NCBI GenBank assembly: GCA_963797095.1
Contig: CAWCNY010000003.1
Coordinates: forward strand, 224,001-288,000
Origin: an uncultured Chloroflexia bacterium
GTDB taxonomy: Bacteria > Chloroflexota > Chloroflexia > QHBQ01 > JADMIH01
Reading direction: 5' to 3'
DNA: 64,000 bases
In this document: positions 9,739 to 17,329 of the stretch, one piece after another
Position numbering within the stretch: the stretch's first letter is position 1
How the letters are laid out: each line of letters begins with the position of its first letter
Position numbers and translations under genes: made by a program
Notes under the pieces: model-generated
Database searches by the model: none
What the model was told of the DNA's origin: nothing
What the model saw: only the letters and a program-made list of their open reading frames with translations

Positions 9739-10686
9739 CTACACCGATCGCAGACAGCCCTGCGAATCACCCCTCAGCCGCGCAAAATACCCGTTTAGCT
9801 GCTCCCCCGTAATCAAATGCCCCGAATCCGCCATCTGAGTGCAAGTATAACGTGCCGCGATCTGCCCGCGCAATATCGCATCCTCCAACCCATACCCATC
9901 CAGACAATACGACGCCAGAAACCCCACCGCCAGCCCATCCCCTGCCCCGTTCGTATCCACCACAGGCTCCTCCAACACCACCGTCTCAAAATACCGCACC
10001 CCGCCATCCCGCGTCCCCACTGCACACCCTCGACTCCCCATCCCCACAACAATAACCTCAGCCCGACCCACCTCGAAGAACCGCGCAATCAAGCCCGAAG
10101 GATCGGGAAAGTTGGCGCACGAAAAGAATAGAATATCGCTCTGCGCCACGTAATCCGCCCTGTAATCGTCCTTCACAGACACCACGTCCTGCAAATCGCA
10201 CGCCACCATCAGCCCAAGCTCCCGCGCTGGCCCCAGCAGATGCCGCGCCCAATTCTCGATGCTGAAATGCACAAGCCGGGCGCGCCCTAACACCCCCCTG
10301 CAAACCTCCAGGTCAGGCATCAGATTCATCGACCCTCGCCCGTCATAGAAGTTCTTGCGCCCCCCGTCCCCGTACATGATATTCACGCTGCGCCGCGTTC
10401 CCGACGGGTCAACAAACAGCGTAGTCTCGATACGATCCCCGCCCAGTTCGTCGGCGATCATCCGCCCGTTGTGGTCCTCCCCCACATACCCGATGTACGC
10501 AGCACGCTTGCCCAGCCTCGCGTATCCCCGGCTCGAATAGCCGCCCGCGCCACCCACATAATCTATATTGCGCGCAAAGTTGGCCTCCACGCTGAAATCG
10601 ACCGCCCCTCCCGCCGGAAATACGTTCGTATCCACCCCTGCCGCGCCCACCACCACCACATCAAGAGCCGCACCATCGCATCCAAT
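9739..10686 (-). CDS. PfkB-family carbohydrate kinase (start uncertain)
   Basis: GGAG N-terminal motif and VVDTNGAGD PfkB signature; AGGAGG at about 10687-10692 but no canonical in-frame start until GTG 10659. Confidence 0.85.
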   Translation of the reverse strand: MGCDGAALDVVVVGAAGVDTNVFPAGGAVDFSVEANFARNIDYVGGAGGYSSRGYARLGKRAAYIGYVGEDHNGRMIADELGGDRIETTLFVDPSGTRRSVNIMYGDGGRKNFYDGRGSMNLMPDLEVCRGVLGRARLVHFSIENWARHLLGPARELGLMVACDLQDVVSVKDDYRADYVAQSDILFFSCANFPDPSGLIARFFEVGRAEVIVVGMGSRGCAVGTRDGGVRYFETVVLEEPVVDTNGAGDGLAVGFLASYCLDGYGLEDAILRGQIAARYTCTQMADSGHLITGEQLNGYFARLRGDSQGCLRSV

Positions 10687-10699
10687 CCTCCTGAGGCCC

Positions 10700-12571
10700 C
10701 TACACCGGACCCGAAACCGCCGCTTCCTGTGTAGCCAACTCCTCCAGGTCATCCGACGCCGGCGGCTCCTCAAGCGGCAGACCCACCGAATGGCGCGTAT
10801 ACAGGCGGTGATACAGCCCCTCGGCGGCCAGCAATTCGTCGTGCGTGCCCAACTCCGCCACCTCTCCGTTCTCGATCACCGCGATGCGGTCGGCCTTCTC
10901 GACGGTCGATAACCTGTGCGCAATTATCACCACGGTGCGCCCCCTCATCAACCTCTCCAAGGCCTGCTTGACCAGCGCCTCGCTCTCGTTGTCCAACGAC
11001 GAAGTGGCCTCGTCAAGTATCAAAATGCGCGGATCGCGCAGCAATGCGCGCGCGATCGCGATCCGTTGCCGCTGACCCCCCGACAGTTTCACCCCGCGCT
11101 CCCCGATCACGCTGTCGTAACCGTCCTGCAATTCAGTGATAAAAGTATGGGCGTTGGCAGCCCGCGCCGCCGCGCGCACGTCATCTTCCGTGGCGCCAAG
11201 CCTCCCATATACGATATTCTCGTAGATGGTGCCGCCGAACAGTTGTGGGTCCTGCGGCACGATGGCAATCGCCGCCCGCAGGCTAGCCACCTTCAGCTTC
11301 TTCACGTCGTACCCGTCAACCACCACACTCCCGCCCTGCACATCATAAAAGCGAGGGATCAAGCTTGCCAGCGTGGTCTTACCCGCTCCGCTCGGCCCCA
11401 CCAGCGCCAGCACCTCCCCCGATCTCACGTGCAATGTCAGGTCATGCAGCACCTCCGGCCCGCCCGTGTAGTGGAACGTAACCTCGCGCATCTCTATCTC
11501 CCCGCGCACAGGCTGAGGCAGCGACAGGGCGTCGGGTGCATCATAGATCTCCGGCGACGTATCGAGAATGCCAAACAACCGCAATGCGGCCCCGCTCAAC
11601 TCCTGGAAGCTCGCGTACACCCCTGTCAGCGCCCCAATCGGCCCTACAGCGACAATGACATAGATCGGCAGTGTCAGAAGCTGGCCCGGACTGAGGTGGC
11701 CGTTGAGCACCTCCATCCCGCCGAACCACATCACGCCCGCCAGCGCCGAGAAGGTAACAAAACTGATGATAGCGATAAAGATCGAGCGGCTGAGGGTGCG
11801 GCGCATTCCCAGTTGGAACGATGTCTCGACCGCCCCTCCATACCGCCCCACCTCGTACAACTCGCGCCCGAACGCCTTCACGATGCGCGGCGCGGCCAGC
11901 GTCTCTTCAAGCACAGTGGTGGCCTCACCCAGCGCCGACTGCGCTTGCTCCGACACCTTCTGAAGCCTCCCACCGAACACCCGTCCCGCGATTGCTACAG
12001 GCGGCACCACTATCAACACCAGCGCGATCAAATGCCAGTCGATAAGCACGATAATGGTCAGCCCACCGATCAGCGTTAGCACCTGCCCAAGCGGGCCGAT
12101 CAGGTTGTTCGTCAGCCCCGCCTGCACCGCCGTCACATCATTACTGAGTCTCGATGTCAGCTCACCCACCCGCTGGTTGTCGTAGAAGTTCAACGAAAGC
12201 GATTGCAGGTGCGAATAAACCTGCTTGCGCAAATCGGCCACCAATCGCTCGCCCGTAAAAGACAGCAGATAAGATTGCCCGAAGTTGAACACCGATTGCA
12301 CCACAAAGATGCCGACCAGCAGCAGCGCGATACCCGTCATGGCCCCGCCGTCGTGCGTGATCACGGCCCTATCCACGATCTGCTGAATCAGCAGCGGAAA
12401 AGCCAACGTCAGCAGCGATGAAATCACCAGGCACACAGCAGCAAATACCAGTTGTCGCCAGTAAGGCGCGGCCAGCCGCAAAAGGCGGCGCAAAGCCACC
12501 CGGTCGGGCGGCTTCTTGCGATCAGGATTGTCGCCGCGCGCCAACCCGCGAGATCGAGGTCGATTGTACAT
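10700..12571 (-). CDS. ABC exporter, fused permease/ATPase (MsbA-like)
   Basis: Six TM segments; GPSGAGKT, LSGGQRQR, ILILDEAT, IAHRL. Confidence 0.95.
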   Translation of the reverse strand: MYNRPRSRGLARGDNPDRKKPPDRVALRRLLRLAAPYWRQLVFAAVCLVISSLLTLAFPLLIQQIVDRAVITHDGGAMTGIALLLVGIFVVQSVFNFGQSYLLSFTGERLVADLRKQVYSHLQSLSLNFYDNQRVGELTSRLSNDVTAVQAGLTNNLIGPLGQVLTLIGGLTIIVLIDWHLIALVLIVVPPVAIAGRVFGGRLQKVSEQAQSALGEATTVLEETLAAPRIVKAFGRELYEVGRYGGAVETSFQLGMRRTLSRSIFIAIISFVTFSALAGVMWFGGMEVLNGHLSPGQLLTLPIYVIVAVGPIGALTGVYASFQELSGAALRLFGILDTSPEIYDAPDALSLPQPVRGEIEMREVTFHYTGGPEVLHDLTLHVRSGEVLALVGPSGAGKTTLASLIPRFYDVQGGSVVVDGYDVKKLKVASLRAAIAIVPQDPQLFGGTIYENIVYGRLGATEDDVRAAARAANAHTFITELQDGYDSVIGERGVKLSGGQRQRIAIARALLRDPRILILDEATSSLDNESEALVKQALERLMRGRTVVIIAHRLSTVEKADRIAVIENGEVAELGTHDELLAAEGLYHRLYTRHSVGLPLEEPPASDDLEELATQEAAVSGPV

Positions 12572-12600
12572 AGGTCACAACCCGGGAGAAATTTCCAAAT

Positions 12601-12631
12601 TACTCGCAACTCGTCACTTGTCACTCGTCAC
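12601..12631. repeat. Heptameric tandem repeat (CTCGTCA-like)
   Basis: tactcgcaactcgtcacttgtcactcgtcac. Confidence 0.5.
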
Positions 12632-12754
12632 GTTCGGGGAATTACAATCATTATACGGCAGCATCCCGCACCGAGTTTCGCAGACACAATTACGCAAGCA
12701 AACAAAATAACCACCCTAAGCGCCACAACACAACACATCACATCCCCTCTAAAT

Positions 12755-13008
12755 ATGAAACTCCTCGAATTTCAGATGCAAGTTCGCAGGCGCACAGTCT
12801 GGTTCTAAACATGAAGCATCCTGTATTTTCGATGAGTGCTCGCAAACATTCAATCTGGTTCTAAACATGAGACAGCCCGAATTTCTGATTCACCTTCCCA
12901 GGTGTGCACTCTGCTTCTAAAAAGAGCTAAATTGGCGGCTTCGCCGCCAATTTAGCTCTTTTTAGAAAGCCCCTCCCCAAAATTTCGGGGAGGGGTTGGG
13001 GTGGGGTC
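12755..13008 (+). repeat. Composite repeat copy A: three 56-bp units, perfect 25-bp hairpin, CCCCTCCCC/G4 motif
   Basis: Units start at 12755, 12811, 12867; arms 12915-12939 and 12943-12967; GGGG-A-GGGG-TT-GGGG-T-GGGG at 12987-13006. Confidence 0.85.
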
Positions 13009-13106
13009 TCGGAGCACCCACATGCCCCCTTACGCACAACTTCAAGATTTGGGATGCCCCATGTGCTGCCCCCAGGCAAACTCAACTTCTCCAAAGGGAG
13101 TGCGCT

Positions 13107-13496
13107 CTATGGTGAATGGGGCCGACCAGTCAAAGGAAGCACCGCATCTACAGGCGTAGGTGAAGGCAGCGGTGTCGAGGTGGGCAGCAAAGGCGTGTCG
13201 GTAGGTACAGCCGTGGGCGGCTCCGGCATATTCGTAATAATCGCCGGCACAGGCGTGCTTGTACTTACCGCAATCGCCGTGTTGGTCGCCGTAGGAACAG
13301 GCGAAGATATCGCCGTAACGGTAGCCGTGGCCTCCGTCTCAGGTATCACAGCAGGCGGCGATGGCGCAAGCGGCCACTTAGTAATAACCGCCGCCAATGC
13401 CGCGATCAACCCACCCGCCAGAAAGATCGCAGCCAGCAACATAGGCAGCCTGCTTTCGCGCTGTCTGGTCTGGCCCATTGCCTGGCGGTTCGTCAT
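13107..13496 (-). CDS. Hypothetical membrane-anchored Pro/Thr-rich protein (possibly a fragment)
   Basis: One N-terminal hydrophobic helix followed by a PT-rich linker with no globular domain. Confidence 0.45.
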   Translation of the reverse strand: MTNRQAMGQTRQRESRLPMLLAAIFLAGGLIAALAAVITKWPLAPSPPAVIPETEATATVTAISSPVPTATNTAIAVSTSTPVPAIITNMPEPPTAVPTDTPLLPTSTPLPSPTPVDAVLPLTGRPHSP

Positions 13497-13695
13497 CGCA
13501 CCCTCACATTTCGGTTACCTCCATTGTACGTCCGAATACGCAACTTCGAAAAACCCATTATGAGTATTTTCGTGTTAGGCGAGGAGTAGCAAGTAGCAAA
13601 CCGACGCAAGTGTGCTATTATTAAGCCTAAAGCAACAAACACCACCATAAGAAAAGACACCAACACCACAATGACGTTGTCAGGGGGGTAGAGAG

Positions 13696-14781
13696 ATGGC
13701 GAAAACATCAAGCAAAGCAAGGCGTGTAGAAGCAAACGGCAAGCACAACGGGGCAGCCGCCCTCGCCGAACATGATATCTCCGTTTCCACAAACGGCAAG
13801 TCCCGCACCACCGAACGCACCTCCCACACGACCTGGGAGCGCAACCCCGGCACCCCCCTCGACCTCGACTGGATCTACTCCACGCGCATCAACCGCAGCG
13901 CCGTCGAGCGCCGCGCCTCCACCCTTACCACCCGCCGCACCGTCAAGAAAGAGTGGCAGGCCGCCTGGCTCCTGCGCGCCATCACCTGCCTCGATCTCAC
14001 CACCCTCTCCGGCGACGACACCCCCGGCAACGTGGTTCGCCTCTGCGCCAAGGCCCGCCGCCCCGTCCGCCAGGACCTCGTCGAAGCCCTCGGCGTGGCC
14101 GACCTGGGTATCACAGTTGGCGCGGTCTGCGTCTACCACAACCTCGTGCCCATAGCCGTCGAATCCCTCCAGGGCACAAAGATCCCGGTCGCCGCCGTCT
14201 CCACAGGCTTCCCCGCCGCCCAGATCAGCTTCGAAGACAAGCTCTCCGAGATAGAGAAGTCGGTGGCGGCAGGCGCTCGCGAGATCGACATCGTGATCTC
14301 GCGAGCCCACGTCCTCACGGGCAACTGGCAAGCCCTCTACGATGAAGTCAAAGCCTTCCGCGCAGCCTGCGGTCCCGCCCACATGAAGTCGATCCTGGCC
14401 ACCGGCGAGCTAGCCACCCTCCGCAACGTCTACCAGGCCAGCATCGTCTGCATGATGGCAGGCTCCCACTTCATCAAGACCAGCACCGGCAAAGAAACCG
14501 TCAACGCCACACTCCCCGTCAGCCTCGTCATGGTGCGCGCCATCCGCGAATACTTCGAGCGCACAGGCCACCGCGTAGGCTTCAAGCCTGCGGGCGGCAT
14601 CCGCACCGCCAAACAATCCCTCGACTGGCTTATTCTCATGAAAGAAGAGCTAGGCACCGACTGGACCATGCCCGACCTCTTCCGCATAGGCGCAAGCTCC
14701 CTCCTCACCGACATAGAGCGCCAATTGGAATACTTCGTCACCGGACGCTACTCAGCCGCCCATCGCCACCCCATGCCCTAA
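13696..14781 (+). CDS. deoC: Deoxyribose-phosphate aldolase
   Basis: DLTTL, GAVCV, TGFP, EIDIV, FIKTSTGK, GFKPAGGI, RIGASSLL. Confidence 0.95.
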   Translation: MAKTSSKARRVEANGKHNGAAALAEHDISVSTNGKSRTTERTSHTTWERNPGTPLDLDWIYSTRINRSAVERRASTLTTRRTVKKEWQAAWLLRAITCLDLTTLSGDDTPGNVVRLCAKARRPVRQDLVEALGVADLGITVGAVCVYHNLVPIAVESLQGTKIPVAAVSTGFPAAQISFEDKLSEIEKSVAAGAREIDIVISRAHVLTGNWQALYDEVKAFRAACGPAHMKSILATGELATLRNVYQASIVCMMAGSHFIKTSTGKETVNATLPVSLVMVRAIREYFERTGHRVGFKPAGGIRTAKQSLDWLILMKEELGTDWTMPDLFRIGASSLLTDIERQLEYFVTGRYSAAHRHPMP

Positions 14782-14799
14782 GTGCAGTGTGGAGCAAGA

Positions 14800-15243
14800 A
14801 TGAATCGTGCCGATTTCAAGAAACGGGCCCAAATAAGGGTTAGAGATGCCGGGGTTTTACTGAGAGCCGGAAACTATGCAGGAGCATATTATCTGGCAGG
14901 CTACGCGATTGAGTGCGCACTATAAGCGTGTATAGCCCGCCAGACAAAGCAATTTGATTTTCCTCCCGACCGGTCGGAGATCAAGAACATTTACATTCAT
15001 GACCTTCCAAAACTGCTTAAGCCAGCTAACCTCATTACTGAGCATGATAATGAACGAAGACAAAATCCGCAATTTGACAAGTATTGGTCAATAGTTAGAG
15101 ACTGGTTTGAGCAGAGTCGCTACTCCCACGTACGGACAAAATCTGAGGCTCAAGACTTATTCTCTGCTGTGACTGATCCCACGAATGGAGTATTACAATG
15201 GCTAAAGAGATACTGGTGGGCCAATACCTTACCGACAGCATGA
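14800..15243 (+). pseudogene. HEPN-domain protein with internal stop
   Basis: AYYLAGYAIECAL*ACI (TAA 14923-14925 where Lys is expected), YIHDL, W..RY motifs. Confidence 0.8.
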
Positions 15244-15647
15244 TTGATGCAGGTGCCAATCTAGTTGAACAGGTCAGGAAGAGCGACCTGCGGGTTGTTG
15301 CTGCCTTCTGGCTTTACTTTGAAGAAGCAGAAGAATGGCGTTTGGTCCTGGTTTCCAAGAGATTGCATAAAGATGGCCCTCTGGCGCTCTATGAAGAACT
15401 TAGCAACCTTCTTTATGATGAGGCAAGACGAGAGAGATATGGAATCAGCCTGATTAATACAACCTTCATGGATGCTGGTGACAATCTAGTCCGCTCACTA
15501 GCAAGCGTGCCACATGGTGGGCAGTTACTCGAAAATAGGAGGCTCACGGGCTTCGCTTTCAAAGGCACCTATGTACCCGATATTTACGTATAATTCATTG
15601 GAGATGACATTCAACCATTACCAGGCGCACGAGTAATGAGCAAATGA
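15198..15647 (+). pseudogene. HEPN-partner (putative antitoxin) with probable premature stop
   Basis: AAFWLYFEEAEEWRLVLVS; after TAA 15591-15593 the frame stays open to TGA 15645-15647, which overlaps the next ATG (ATGA). Confidence 0.55.
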
Positions 15648-16138
15648 CCCTACCCGAAGGCCACATGAACGAAGCCGCCCTGAAAGGTAAAATCCTGGCG
15701 GAAAAACGTATCCGCGTCATAGTCCTGGGTGTCTTCCGTCGCGGCCACGAGATCTTCGTTGTGGAAGGCTACGATCCCAACAAAAACGAAACCTTCTACC
15801 GCCCCCTCGGCGGCGGTATCGAGTTCGGCGAGCGTGCTGTCGATGCCCTTGCCAGGGAGATGCTCGAAGAAACAGGCTTGCTGATAACGAACACTCGCTA
15901 TCTCGGCACCTGTGAAAACATCTTCACCTACCTCGGAGAAATGGGCCACGAAATCGTGCAGATCTACACAGCAGACTTCGTGGACCCCACCGTCTACGAC
16001 ACCGACTCCATCGAATGCCAGGAAGATGACGAAACACCTTTCATCGCCGTCTGGAAGCACCTCGACACCTTCGGCAAAGACAAAGACGGCCCTTTATATC
16101 CTGACGAGCTAAAAAGGTTGTTAGAAGCAAATGAATAG
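15644..16138 (+). CDS. NUDIX hydrolase
   Basis: GGGIEFGERAVDALAREMLEETGL Nudix box. Confidence 0.9.
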   Translation: MTLPEGHMNEAALKGKILAEKRIRVIVLGVFRRGHEIFVVEGYDPNKNETFYRPLGGGIEFGERAVDALAREMLEETGLLITNTRYLGTCENIFTYLGEMGHEIVQIYTADFVDPTVYDTDSIECQEDDETPFIAVWKHLDTFGKDKDGPLYPDELKRLLEANE

Positions 16139-17303
16139 CGGCATCTATCTAATAAAAGATGGTGGCTCACTGGTCGAAATGACCGAGCAGCCATATGCTT
16201 CTGAGGACTTATTGCAGAAGCTTCTGGCGGATCATCCAAGCTTACTTGCTGGAAATCAGATGAATCCTAGAGCCCCAAGAAAATGGTTACTTGTTTCGCG
16301 AGAGACACCCTTGTCCTCAACACAGGGCGGAGCCGGTAGATGGTCCGTGGACCACCTCTTCCTGGATCAGGATGCAGTACCAACAATCGTTGAAGTCAAG
16401 AGAAGCAGTGACACACGTATCAGGCGAGAAGTCGTGGGCCAACTTCTCGAGTATGCCGCCAATGCAGTCGTCTACTGGCCAGTAGAAAGCTTAATCAGCC
16501 AATTCGAGTCAACTCAAACGGCCCAAGGGCAGGATCCATCGGAAATCCTTGCTGAGTTCCTAGGTGAGAACGAAGATGCCAACACATTTTGGGGAAGGGT
16601 CAAGACAAACCTGCAAGCAGGTAAAATCAGGTTGGTGTTTGTTGCGGATTACATACCACCAGAGCTACAGCGAATAGTCGAGTTCTTGAACGGTCAAATG
16701 AGTTCTGCTGAGGTGCTGGCTGTGCAAATCAAGCAGTATGTAGGTGAGGGTTTCAAGACCTTGATTCCGAGGGTCATAGGCCAAACTGCACAAGCACAAC
16801 AAGCTAAAACCGTCGGTCCAAAATCGACTATAGAGTGGGACGAGGACTCTTTCTTCCAGCTAGTAGAAAAGAGAGTTGGTGCCCAGGATGTCGTTACTGC
16901 TAAACAAATATTAGAATGGGCAAAAGCAGCCAATCTCATTATAACTTGGGGTAAGGGTGCAACGGATCCGGGCTTCAGGATAAAAGTGGATCATGATGAT
17001 CTAGAACATGCAATTGCGGGCATATGGTCTTATGGAGCAGGTCAAGTTACGAACCTGGAAATACTCTACGATCAGCTTAATGCCAATCAACACGACACAA
17101 ATACAAAACGCCTGGAGTTCTTAAGACAGTTAGGTGCGATCCCGGGGGTTGGCAGTTATCTTGGCGGGACGAAAATTCGTCCAAATATCCCTTTATCCCT
17201 TTTCCACAGACAGGGATCCCTTGACCAACTGCTCAAAGCACTGAATTGGGCCGTTCAAACAATGAAATCCGCAGTAGATCAACCCACATCTACAGAGAAT
17301 TGA
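16131..17303 (+). CDS. PD-(D/E)XK (NucS-like) endonuclease-domain protein
   Basis: EDLLQ, VDHLFLD, IVEVKR, VVGQLLEYA motifs; AT-richer than neighbours. Confidence 0.7.
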   Translation: MNSGIYLIKDGGSLVEMTEQPYASEDLLQKLLADHPSLLAGNQMNPRAPRKWLLVSRETPLSSTQGGAGRWSVDHLFLDQDAVPTIVEVKRSSDTRIRREVVGQLLEYAANAVVYWPVESLISQFESTQTAQGQDPSEILAEFLGENEDANTFWGRVKTNLQAGKIRLVFVADYIPPELQRIVEFLNGQMSSAEVLAVQIKQYVGEGFKTLIPRVIGQTAQAQQAKTVGPKSTIEWDEDSFFQLVEKRVGAQDVVTAKQILEWAKAANLIITWGKGATDPGFRIKVDHDDLEHAIAGIWSYGAGQVTNLEILYDQLNANQHDTNTKRLEFLRQLGAIPGVGSYLGGTKIRPNIPLSLFHRQGSLDQLLKALNWAVQTMKSAVDQPTSTEN

Positions 17304-17329
17304 CCGGGTAGCAAATAGGAGACAAACCG

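Noticed and set aside
12755-12922. Possible CRISPR array
   Set aside because: Units are similar along their whole 56 bp with no unique spacers, and no cas genes are present
794-15593. Stop-codon reassignment explaining in-frame TAA/TAG
   Set aside because: The stops replace different expected residues, and both codons terminate normal genes in this window
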